A stretch of DNA of 64,000 nt from Acidimicrobiales bacterium (GCA_965116485.1 OZ220692.1:3250134-3314133); one strand, 5' to 3'; positions 49,125 to 57,463 are shown, counted from the stretch's first letter. Made by a program: numbers and translations. Notes: generated by a model not told the origin, from the letters alone.

Positions 49125-50915
49125 CTACCACCAACGGCTTGATTTGAACGATTCCTCATAGGACACTCGGATCTCGTCCAAATGTTCAGTGCTCTCAAAA
49201 ACCCCAGCTGCAATCAATAGGTCTGCGTTGCGTTCAACCATTGCGCCGGGGCGTCGGCTCGTGCCCGACAACCGCCAAGCCGCTCTGCCCACCGGGCCGG
49301 TGTCCCAACCGGATCCGCTCACGAATGCGAGTCCGATTAGGAATTCAGTTTCGTCGAACAGGCCCTCAAACTGCTCATCCTCTCTAACGATCTCCAACAT
49401 CGCCGGGCGAAGCATCGCTAGGAGGTGATCCGAAACTGGTGTCTTGCGCCGCTCGAAACCATCGATCGATCGCTTTACCCAGTCAGGATCAAGCACATGC
49501 CACGACGCCGCTGCTACAGCCACAGGTTCAATTGAATTAAGTCCCTTCGCAGAAACTGTTCCTAGAACACGGGCGATCGAGTCCAGCCGGTTTGCTGCCG
49601 CAGCTCCCAAAGCAATGGCGTAGAGACAAAGTAGCGAAGGGTACTGCTGCATATAGAGCAGTACGGTCTTACCACTGCTTTCTGTTCTTCTGTTGGCGAG
49701 CCGGTCCACGGTTCTAGCCAAGAGCTGGTCGTGATCAGCACGATCCGAAAAGAAAGCTCCGGTGGCAAGGAGTTTAAGGAGGCCGGCAGTCGCTTCTTCA
49801 TATACCTGCATCTGTTCCCTGTACCGCTGCGGTCCGACCTGACCGTTCACCGATAACTCGTGCACGCGATCAATCACCTCATCAGTCGCACTCATCACGA
49901 GATCATGGAGCTTGATGCGATGGACAGGATCGGGGAGGTACTTCTTCAGTTGGGTCACCGCGATAGCCGTATCTATGGGACGCTGATCGATCGCCTCGCG
50001 AAGCGATTCGACCTTGTCCGCTAGTGACTCGAAGGCGTCGTCTGCGTCTTGAATCGAAAAATCGATTGCATCGCGGTGCGTCACGATCTCTTGTGCCTCT
50101 GGTTTCAGCCGTCCACGGTGGAGCCAATACGTGGCGAACCGACGACCGGGTGATCGAAGAATCGCGTCCCTGAGAGCTTTGTCCCACTCAGCCGACCACC
50201 CACAGACCACGAGTCCGTATTGGTCGAACACCTCGTCAAGCAGTGTGTCGATCTCCGCGTCGTAGCCCGCCAACTCGTCAACCGTGTTCTTAAGATCGGC
50301 TGACATGTAGTCGCCATGAACCTTGACAATTGTGCACCCACTATGGGTGATCGGCGTTGCACCAGCCGCGTGAACTGGGCTCGAAATCACAGTGGGCTGA
50401 ACTCCTGCATCCGTAAGCGCGAGTTCAAGCAACCGATCGAAGTTCGTAGTGACGATTACCTTGACAAAACCACCCGCAACCATTCGGGCGATCGCGTGAT
50501 GAGCCTTCGTCGGGAGTTTCAGACCTTGTTCCTTATCCTCCTCTGAGGGCTGAAAGTACTTTTCCAAGAGATTCCTTCGATCGCTTGGAGATGGAGCTAA
50601 CTCGCCTAGAAGAGCGGAGTAGTCAGGATCGCCCTCGGTTTGGCTTTGGTACCAGGACAACGGGTCATCTCCGGTATCTTCACCTCGCAACGTTGCGAGC
50701 CGCTTAGTGAGATCAAGCGTTACGTCCCAACCAGTCGGAACGCCCGAGTTGGCGCTAATGCCCGAACCGAGCAACAACGCGAATGTATTTGGGCCAGCAT
50801 GAATGCTGGACGCAAGCGAAACCATTGGGTCAGACGACACGGTGTCGAATCTACCGGACTCCTGTGACAACTCGGAGTCGCCCTTGCTTGGGGCGGCACG
50901 AACTTCGGGGTTCAT
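49125..50915 (-). CDS. SIR2-like (SIR2_2 type) NADase-family protein with a C-terminal helical domain of unknown function
   Basis: Start reassigned to ATG at 50915 (MNPEVRAAP...). FALLLGSGISANSGVPTGWD, VIVTTNFDRLLE and IVKVHGDY are the defence-type SIR2 motifs. The first 88 codons of the track ORF are antisense to the aldolase relic. Confidence 0.8.
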   Translation of the reverse strand: MNPEVRAAPSKGDSELSQESGRFDTVSSDPMVSLASSIHAGPNTFALLLGSGISANSGVPTGWDVTLDLTKRLATLRGEDTGDDPLSWYQSQTEGDPDYSALLGELAPSPSDRRNLLEKYFQPSEEDKEQGLKLPTKAHHAIARMVAGGFVKVIVTTNFDRLLELALTDAGVQPTVISSPVHAAGATPITHSGCTIVKVHGDYMSADLKNTVDELAGYDAEIDTLLDEVFDQYGLVVCGWSAEWDKALRDAILRSPGRRFATYWLHRGRLKPEAQEIVTHRDAIDFSIQDADDAFESLADKVESLREAIDQRPIDTAIAVTQLKKYLPDPVHRIKLHDLVMSATDEVIDRVHELSVNGQVGPQRYREQMQVYEEATAGLLKLLATGAFFSDRADHDQLLARTVDRLANRRTESSGKTVLLYMQQYPSLLCLYAIALGAAAANRLDSIARVLGTVSAKGLNSIEPVAVAAASWHVLDPDWVKRSIDGFERRKTPVSDHLLAMLRPAMLEIVREDEQFEGLFDETEFLIGLAFVSGSGWDTGPVGRAAWRLSGTSRRPGAMVERNADLLIAAGVFESTEHLDEIRVSYEESFKSSRWW

Positions 50916-50945
50916 CGAAGGCGCACGGTCCAGGACGCTTGATGG

Positions 50946-51186
50946 CTGTGAGGAGATGAACGCGCTGATTCCGATGCCGTGGACGCTGCTGTCGGGCGGC
51001 GGCGACTTCGAGTCGTTCTTCGCGCAGGTCGTGGTTGCGCTCGAAGCCGGTGCAGCGGGTTGCATGGTCGGCCGTGCCCTCTGGGGAGAGGCAGCCCAAG
51101 CCCCCAACTCCGACCGCCCCAGAGTCCTCAAAACCCTGATCGCCCCCCGCCTGTCCCGCCTCCACTCGTTGATCTGCAACCCCTAG
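50946..51186 (+). pseudogene. Orphan 3' fragment of the LacD/YihT-type aldolase gene
   Basis: Encodes ...EEMNALIPMPWTLLSGGGDFESFFAQVVVALEAGAAGCMVGRALWGEAAQAPNSDRPRVLKTLIAPRLSRLHSLICNP*, a paralogue of residues ~206-285 of the gene at 37759..38616. No upstream part is present. Confidence 0.9.
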
Positions 51187-51302
51187 CGTCCACGATTCGA
51201 CGATCCGACCGTAGGAAAATGATTAATTTTCAATATTTTCCAATATAGTTTGTTCAGCCGTATACAGTGAGATTTCAAGACCAAGCGTTAGCAGAGTACG
51301 CT
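50946..51302 (+). repeat. Direct repeat copy 2 (attR-like)
   Basis: See copy 1. It has the same length and ~95% identity by my count. Confidence 0.95.
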
Positions 51303-51316
51303 GGCATAAACATGTC

Positions 51317-51466
51317 GTGGACGTTATTGTTCAGAATGTCGCCGTTAGCATCGTATGCGGCGGGGTCGGATTTCTGGTCGGAGGACCGATCGGTTCATTT
51401 GTCGGGAGTGCCGTTTGCAGTACAATTATGGCTGTCACTATCTATGTCTGGGGGCCGAGCCACTAA
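51317..51466 (+). CDS. Small glycine-zipper membrane peptide (~49 aa; below the ORF-track size cutoff)
   Basis: Hand translation from GTG 51317: VDVIVQNVAVSIVCGGVGFLVGGPIGSFVGSAVCSTIMAVTIYVWGPSH*. The stop overlaps the next ATG (TAATG at 51464-51468). The start codon is uncertain. Confidence 0.4.
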   Translation: MDVIVQNVAVSIVCGGVGFLVGGPIGSFVGSAVCSTIMAVTIYVWGPSH

Positions 51467-51765
51467 TGCGACGTCACAAGGGTTTCATCATCTCCGAGCA
51501 ACAGCCGGACGCCGCTTACAGGAGCGTCCGCGAAGCTGTCACCATCTGGGTCGCATTCTTCGTCGTTTCTTTGACATCCCGACTTTGGGCCGACTTCGGC
51601 AACTTCGAAGCATTTCCCGCGATCGCGTTGATCACCACTTCGGTGTCGGCATGGGCGCTATGCAGTTTTTTGTGGGTCCGCTTCGGGCGGCAGCGTTTCC
51701 CCCTCCCTGACAAAGCCCGTGGGGTTGGCCATGGGTCAATCTCGCCGGACACGGTGTCCGAGTGA
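51466..51765 (+). CDS. Small 2-TM membrane protein
   Basis: MRRHKGFIISEQQPDAAYRSVREAVTIWVAFFVVSLTSRLWADFGNFEAFPAIALITTSVSAWALCSFLWVRF..., in frame with track ORF 51355..51765. The stop overlaps the next GTG. Confidence 0.45.
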   Translation: MRRHKGFIISEQQPDAAYRSVREAVTIWVAFFVVSLTSRLWADFGNFEAFPAIALITTSVSAWALCSFLWVRFGRQRFPLPDKARGVGHGSISPDTVSE

Positions 51766-52046
51766 GACAGTTCTTCGCTGCAACATCTTTCGCGCGTGGT
51801 CTAGTGGTTTTGGCGGTGGCGCTCACGGCATGTGGTAATTCCGTGGACGCTGGCGAGTGCCACGACGCGGCGATCGCCCAAGCAGTGGCTGAGCAGGCTT
51901 GGGCTTCGGTTATCGAGACCCACAACGCCGCTCACATCGACTCGATGGACGAGCATCCCGAGTTGGAAGGGGCGTTGTTGTCGAGCCGTGTTGACGTAAT
52001 TCTCGCTACCGAAGCAACGCGGCGAGCCTGCGGATCGTCGGCTTAG
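51762..52046 (+). CDS. Small lipoprotein with a conserved Cys pair (paralogue of 63112..63393)
   Basis: Signal peptide plus lipobox LVVLAVALTAC. The core C.DAAIAQAVAEQAWASVIETHNAAH...RVDVILATEATRRACG aligns with the 63-kb paralogue. Confidence 0.6.
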   Translation: MRQFFAATSFARGLVVLAVALTACGNSVDAGECHDAAIAQAVAEQAWASVIETHNAAHIDSMDEHPELEGALLSSRVDVILATEATRRACGSSA

Positions 52047-52047
52047 A

Positions 52048-52102
52048 GGCCCCGCAAATAGGCAGAGGATTTGCGAGTGCGAACGGCTTGATTTGCGGGG
52101 CC
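52048..52102 (+). terminator. 12-bp perfect inverted repeat immediately after the lipoprotein stop
   Basis: ggccccgcaaat (52048-52059) pairs with atttgcggggcc (52091-52102). The loop is long (~31 nt) and there is no U-tract. Confidence 0.35.
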
Positions 52103-52420
52103 GTGGCCCGAGCGGCCCGCCCGCGGCCTGAGCGGCCCGGTGAGCGCAGCGAACAAGAGCGGGAAATGGAGCGAAGCGAGCCAAGAGCGGGAAACAACGG
52201 GCTGCAACTCGAAGGCTTGCCTATTTGCGCGCGTTCTTAGCCTGAATCCACCGTGGCGATGTGGTTGTGGTGGCTGGTTGGGGGTTGTGGGTTGGTGTTG
52301 GGCTGGTGCGGGGTGCGGGAGCGTGGTTGGGCGTGTTGAGCCGGCGTTTGGGGTTGGGGCTGGTTGGTGGCGCTGGGGTGTGTGCTGGGAGGCGCCATGT
52401 CCCGGGGGGCCGGGGTTTGG

Positions 52421-53155
52421 GGCTCTTCGCGTTTGAGGTCGGAGTCGGGGTTGTGGGGTGTTAGCGGTTGGTTGGGCGGGATCCTCCAGAATCGGGGTCA
52501 TAAACCACACCTGAACCTGGAGGATCGGTGTGGTGTGTGACCCTATAGGCATGTGTGAGTTGTTGGTGGGCCTCGGCGATGTCGACGTGTTGGGCGTCGA
52601 CGACGACCGTGGCGGCGGGCCGTTGAGGTTGAGTGTGCGAAGCCGGACTGCGCGTCCGTCGTGTGCGGGTTGTGGCGGCAAGTTGTGGTCCAAAGGAGAC
52701 CGGGCGGTGGAGCTGGTGGATCTGCCGAGCTTCGGCCGCCCGGCGAGGTTGGTGTGGCACAAACACCGGTGGAGATGCCCGAGTGAGGATTGCGGCGCGG
52801 GTTCGGTGACTGAACACAACCCTCAGGTCGCGCCGCCGCGGGCGTTGTTGACGACACGAGCAGCGCGTTGGGCGACACGCCAAGTCGGCCGTGGCCGTCC
52901 GGTGAGCGACGTCGCTTCGGACCTGGCGTGTTGCTGGTCGGCGGTGAACGACACGGTGCTGTGCTGGGGTCAAACGCTGCTCGACGCTGACACTGACCGG
53001 ATCGGCGCAACGACCGCACAGGGTCTCGACGAAACCCTGTTCTGTCGTGAGGGCCGTTATAGACACAAGGCGTGGGCGACCAGCATCGTCGACGTCGCCG
53101 GCGGCAAACTGTTGGACATAGTGCCTCACAGAACAGCTGAACCAGGTGCTCTACT
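52421..53155 (+). mobile_element. Truncated ISL3-family IS: left IR plus the first ~209 codons of the transposase (52530..53159)
   Basis: IR GGCTCTTCGCGTTTGAGGTCGG at 52421. The transposase N-terminus has RPSCAGCGGKLWSKGD...HRWRCPSEDCG and ends at a repeat array. No right end was found. Confidence 0.8.
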
Positions 53156-53267
53156 GTGAACGGTAGCTTGATGTGGAACGGTAGCGTAGATGTGCAATGG
53201 TAGCGTAGATGTGGAACGGTAGCGTAGATGTGGAACGGTAGCGTAGACTAAGTCGGCACGGTAGACC
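53156..53267 (+). repeat. 19-bp tandem repeat (GTGGAACGGTAGCGTAGAT), ~5 copies plus a degenerate unit
   Basis: gtgaacggtagcttgat / gtggaacggtagcgtagat / gtgcaatggtagcgtagat / gtggaacggtagcgtagat / gtggaacggtagcgtagac / taagtcggcacggtagacc. Confidence 0.9.
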
Positions 53268-53290
53268 ACCGACCAGAAGGAGGGACGCAA

Positions 53291-54589
53291 ATGGCTGCTG
53301 ACTCTCTCGAAGGCGGCGACCCGCTGGCTTATCGGCCCAGGGTCGTGGACAAAGACCTGCCTGCGCTCCTGCGTGCGCTGCCCGCGATCAGCATCGAAGG
53401 GGCGCGTGCTGTGGGCAAGACTCGCACGGCACGAGAGTTCGCCAACACCGTCTACAACCTCGACGACCCCGACATCATGAGCGAGGTGCAGTCCGACCCG
53501 CGACTGCTTCTCTCCGGGCAGCCGCCGATCCTGATCGACGAATGGCAGAGGTTCCCGCCGGCATGGGACCTGGTGCGTCGCGCCGTCGACGACTCATTCA
53601 CTCCCGGGCGCTTCATACTCACCGGATCGGCCCGACCCAGCGAGTCTCCCACGCACTCGGGCGCAGGTCGGATTGTCACGGTACGAATGCGGACCATGAC
53701 ACTCTGCGAGCGCTGGCAACAGTCCGCAGTGAGCCTCGCACAGCTCCTCACCGGCGATAGGGCACCGATCGACGCCGTGTCGGAAGTACTGCTCGAGGAA
53801 TATGTCGACGCGATCATCGCGGGCGGGTTTCCCGGCTGGCAGTCAGCCGGCGAGCGCGCGAGAAGGCTGCTCACCGATGGCTACCTGCACCGCGTCGTCG
53901 AGCACGACATGCCCCTCGCCGGCAGCCGGGTGCGGAATCCGGCGGCGTTGAACCGCTGGCTTGAGGCGTACGCAGCGGCCGTGTCCACCTCAGCCTCCTA
54001 CGAGGCGATTCGGGACGCTGCGACAGCCGGAGAGCATTCCAAGCCTGCCAAGTCCACGACATTGGCCTATCGCGACACCCTCGAGTCGATGTGGGTACTG
54101 GAACCACTTCCGGCGTGGCTCCCCAAAGGCGGCCATCTCAACCGGCTCAAGCGGTCGCCCAAGCACCACCTCGCCGACACGGCGCTGGCCGTCCGCCTCC
54201 TCGGGGCCACCCGAGAGACGCTGCTCGGGCTGGAAGCTCCGGTTGGCACGCACCGAGACGACCGGTCGCTGCTGGGGCATCTCTTCGAGTCCCTCGTGAC
54301 CCGGGATGTGCGCGTCTACGCCCAATCCTGCGATGCCCGAGTGGGGCATCTCCGCACTTGGAACGGTGCCCAAGAGGTGGATCTGATCGTGGAACACGAC
54401 CGCGGCGTGCTGGCCGTTGAGGTCAAGCTCGCCGCCGAGGCAAACCCGCGAGACACGCGGCACATCCGATGGCTGCGAGACCGACTCGGGCCGGCTCTTC
54501 TTGACGCAGTGGTGGTGACCACGGGCCGGCGCGCCTACCGCGACGACGACGGCATCGCCGTGGTCCCCGCCGCATTGCTCGGCCCCTAG
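53291..54589 (+). CDS. AAA-type ATPase with DUF4143 domain
   Basis: 432 aa with ISIEGARAVGKTRTA (P-loop), ILIDEWQR (Walker B) and RFILTGSA. Confidence 0.8.
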   Translation: MAADSLEGGDPLAYRPRVVDKDLPALLRALPAISIEGARAVGKTRTAREFANTVYNLDDPDIMSEVQSDPRLLLSGQPPILIDEWQRFPPAWDLVRRAVDDSFTPGRFILTGSARPSESPTHSGAGRIVTVRMRTMTLCERWQQSAVSLAQLLTGDRAPIDAVSEVLLEEYVDAIIAGGFPGWQSAGERARRLLTDGYLHRVVEHDMPLAGSRVRNPAALNRWLEAYAAAVSTSASYEAIRDAATAGEHSKPAKSTTLAYRDTLESMWVLEPLPAWLPKGGHLNRLKRSPKHHLADTALAVRLLGATRETLLGLEAPVGTHRDDRSLLGHLFESLVTRDVRVYAQSCDARVGHLRTWNGAQEVDLIVEHDRGVLAVEVKLAAEANPRDTRHIRWLRDRLGPALLDAVVVTTGRRAYRDDDGIAVVPAALLGP

Positions 54590-54634
54590 ACCCTGTCTGG
54601 CAGGTCGGTCATCTTGTGGGGTCTCGCAGGGCGA

Positions 54635-54990
54635 TCAATTGCGTGCGTGAGACCAGTCTCGGATTGCCGAGTCGAAGGTCGCCAACTCCATTCCGGTACG
54701 CAGGGCCGTAGCGACGATCCGTTGGTCTGCGGGGTCGCGGTGGAATCCCGAATTCATCAAAAGGACGGACTCAACAGCAAGGTCGCCGTCAATGGGGACC
54801 TCCCGCAAGCCGGACATCAAGCGTTCCCGGCGCCAGGTCGCAGGGTGACATCCCAGATCGATACGTCGGTCATGATGCAGCCGGGTCGTCTCCATGCTCC
54901 AACCACATTCGGCCGAAGGCGGGTAGCGTTAGCGGGCTTGCGGTCTGGTTCGGCCAGGGCTGATCTTGCTTGTTGATGAGGACTGAGAAC
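54635..54990 (-). pseudogene. Frameshifted VapC-type PIN-domain gene
   Basis: The C-terminal part FHRDPADQRIVATALRTGMELATFD is in one frame (54635..54895). The upstream SIWDVTL(R)PG, compare SSWEIAIKHATG of the vapC at 12202, lies in another frame (ORF 54817..55038). Confidence 0.5.
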
Positions 54991-54991
54991 T

Positions 54992-56224
54992 GTGTCGGAA
55001 ACACGCGTGAGTCCGATGATCCCGGTGGGCTTGTTCATGCTCGCGGCCTCGATCGGGATGGTGTTCGCGCTTCTGCATGAACTGCGCGACGCACACGATC
55101 TGAGTGGAGGCGCGATCGGCTGGATCGCTGGAGTCTCCTTCTTCGCCGCTGTTGCTTCACAACTCCTGATCGCCCCGTTTGCGGACCGCGGCTACGCCCG
55201 CCGGGTCATGGCGCTGTCGATATTCGGCGGCGCGATCGCCTCTATCACCTTCGCGTTGGCGACCGAACCGTGGCAGTTCGTTCTTGCTCGGATTGCTGCG
55301 GGGCTTGCCTTCGGCGCCTTCTTGCCCGCGGCGCAAGCGGTGGTGACCGCGGCCGAACCCGAGCGTGCGGGACGACATCTAGGCAGACTCGCCGGCATCC
55401 AGACCGCCGGATTGATGGTCGGCCCTGGTGTCGGCGCCGGGTTGGTCGCAGCCTGGGGTCTTGATGCCCCGTTCTACTGTCTTGCCGTCGCTCTGGCGTT
55501 GCTCGTCGGTCCGGTTGCAAGGACCAACGTCAACGAAGTGGTCCCTGAAGAACCTCCGCTCGGGGCGCTGCGAACCGCAGCCGACATGCTGTTGACGATG
55601 GCACGGATCAGCCGCCGTCGAGAGGCGCTGGCCGCCACGATCCTAAGCGCCGCGTTGATAATGCCAGCCGGAATGTATGAGGCGATCTGGGCAATCTTCC
55701 TGCAGGATCTGGGGGCCTCAACCACGTTCATCGGCATCAGCCTGGTGCTGTACGGACTGCCGTTCATGATCGCCGCGCCCATCGGCGGGCGGCTCGCGGA
55801 CCGCCACGGACCGATGCGGGTCGCCATAGCCGCACTGACGATGGTCGTCCCCCTCACCGTGGTCTACGGGCATCTCACCGTGCCGTTGCTGCTGATGAGC
55901 CTGGCGATGATCGAAGGGGCCGCCAACGGCCTCGGAATACCGTCGGCCCAGACGCTCATGGCCATCTCGACCAAGGACGGAGAACGTGCCACCGGGCAAG
56001 GACTGGCTGCCGGAACGGGACAGCTCGCGGCAGGGGTGAGCGCGCTCGTCGCACCGATTCTGTTTGAGAACTACGGACCTGAGTGGACCTTCTTCTGGGT
56101 TGCGGTAGCGATCGCCGTTCTGGGCGCGTTGGGCGTCGCGGTCGCCCCCAGCGAGCGCACTAGGCGACAGTCTCTGCCGATCCGCAGCTACGGACTGTTG
56201 CGAATCCGCGGCGGTAGCCGCTGA
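54992..56224 (+). CDS. MFS transporter
   Basis: 410 aa with about 12 hydrophobic segments and the FADRGYARRV loop motif. The start may be the downstream ATG (~55016). Confidence 0.85.
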   Translation: MSETRVSPMIPVGLFMLAASIGMVFALLHELRDAHDLSGGAIGWIAGVSFFAAVASQLLIAPFADRGYARRVMALSIFGGAIASITFALATEPWQFVLARIAAGLAFGAFLPAAQAVVTAAEPERAGRHLGRLAGIQTAGLMVGPGVGAGLVAAWGLDAPFYCLAVALALLVGPVARTNVNEVVPEEPPLGALRTAADMLLTMARISRRREALAATILSAALIMPAGMYEAIWAIFLQDLGASTTFIGISLVLYGLPFMIAAPIGGRLADRHGPMRVAIAALTMVVPLTVVYGHLTVPLLLMSLAMIEGAANGLGIPSAQTLMAISTKDGERATGQGLAAGTGQLAAGVSALVAPILFENYGPEWTFFWVAVAIAVLGALGVAVAPSERTRRQSLPIRSYGLLRIRGGSR

Positions 56225-56232
56225 GCGGCCTG

Positions 56233-57411
56233 TTAAACGGCCCGCTGGGTCAGCGCCAGTCCGTTGCTGCGCATGATCTTGCGGATCTCCGAGGAGTCGA
56301 AACCCTCCAGATCGTGAACAAAATCGGTGGGTTCGGGTAGGCCCTCAGCATGCGGCCAGTCCGAGCCGAACAGCATGTGGTCTGCGCCGATCTTGCCTCG
56401 CAAGTCCAACAGATCGTCCTCGTAATAGGGCGACACCCAGACCTGTCGACAGAACACTTCAATCGGATCCTCGGCGAACATGTGCTTCTGCTGCCGATAA
56501 GTCTTGTCGAACTTCTTGAACAGCGGCTGGACCCATTCTGAACCGGTCTCGATGGTGGCAACCCGAATATTGGTGTGCTCGCTCAACACGCCTTCACCAA
56601 TCAAAGAAGCCAACGCATCGCTGATCGGTGAGTAGGTGAGCAGCGACTTGAACGCGTTCTGGCGGAACGACTCGAACTCGGCGGTCATACCCCAGTAGTC
56701 GCTCAAGAACTCATAACCGGCGTCACCTGAGTGCATGGCGAGGGTGATGCCGTGCTGGTTCATCTTCTTCCAGAAGGGGTCATGGGCGGGGTCTCCGAGC
56801 GACCGGCGTCCACCTTTCCCGTCCGGTACCGAGGACGGGCGCATGTTGACCACGCGCACATCCCGTTCGATCATCCAGTCGAGTTGGTCGAGAGCCCAGT
56901 CGACATCGGCAAGAGTGATGTATCCCGCCGCGAAGATCCGATGCTTGTACGAAAACCCCCAGTCTTCATGAATCCACTTGTTGAACGCATCGAAAGCCGT
57001 CAGCACGGCTTCGGTGTCGTGGTCGAGCGATGACTCCATCCCTACCCCGAGGGTCGGGAACAGGAAGCACGCCTCCAGATTCTGACGGTCCATCACCGAG
57101 AGCCGCTTGTCGCGGTCACGGTACTCATCGGGAATCGGCACAAGTTCGCCGAACGCGGCAACGATGTCGTCTTTGGCCACCTTGCCTCGGAAATAGTCGT
57201 CGAGGCAGCCCGGCCGGGCCACGGGGTCAAAGGTCGGGTTGGGAATGAACCGGTTGACTTTGCCCCCCACGAGCAAACGCTTGCGCCCGTTGATCTCGGC
57301 CCACTGCATGCATCGCTTGTGCATCTTCGGGTCGACATGGCGGATGAATGCGTCCTCCGCCTCGTAGTAGTGGTTGTCGGCGTCGAACGCCTGGAAATCA
57401 AGTGCAGTCAT
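56233..57411 (-). CDS. Amidohydrolase-2 family protein (ACMSD-like metal-dependent hydrolase/decarboxylase)
   Basis: 392 aa with FDADNHYYE at the N-terminus and MLFGSDWPHAEG near the C-terminus. Confidence 0.8.
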   Translation of the reverse strand: MTALDFQAFDADNHYYEAEDAFIRHVDPKMHKRCMQWAEINGRKRLLVGGKVNRFIPNPTFDPVARPGCLDDYFRGKVAKDDIVAAFGELVPIPDEYRDRDKRLSVMDRQNLEACFLFPTLGVGMESSLDHDTEAVLTAFDAFNKWIHEDWGFSYKHRIFAAGYITLADVDWALDQLDWMIERDVRVVNMRPSSVPDGKGGRRSLGDPAHDPFWKKMNQHGITLAMHSGDAGYEFLSDYWGMTAEFESFRQNAFKSLLTYSPISDALASLIGEGVLSEHTNIRVATIETGSEWVQPLFKKFDKTYRQQKHMFAEDPIEVFCRQVWVSPYYEDDLLDLRGKIGADHMLFGSDWPHAEGLPEPTDFVHDLEGFDSSEIRKIMRSNGLALTQRAV

Positions 57412-57463
57412 GAAGCCACTCTACGCACGCGGCACAAACCGGCAAAAGTTGACCGCTCCCCGA

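Noticed and set aside
38733-50945. The island might be a prophage, ICE or transposon.
   Set aside because: I could recognise no capsid, terminase, portal, integrase, relaxase, T4SS or transposase ORFs, and no terminal inverted repeats. Only the long direct repeat supports mobility, so I describe it as an integrase-less genomic island.
50916-51179. N-terminal 88 codons of the 684-aa track ORF for the SIR2-like gene.
   Set aside because: This stretch is the reverse complement of the duplicated aldolase 3' fragment; the same antisense ORF appears at 38307..38609 opposite copy 1. The SIR2 homology begins after the internal ATG at 50915.
52043-52819. 258-aa proline-rich minus-strand ORF.
   Set aside because: It spans an intergenic G/T-rich tract and the antisense of the ISL3 end and transposase start. 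It is low-complexity with no motif.
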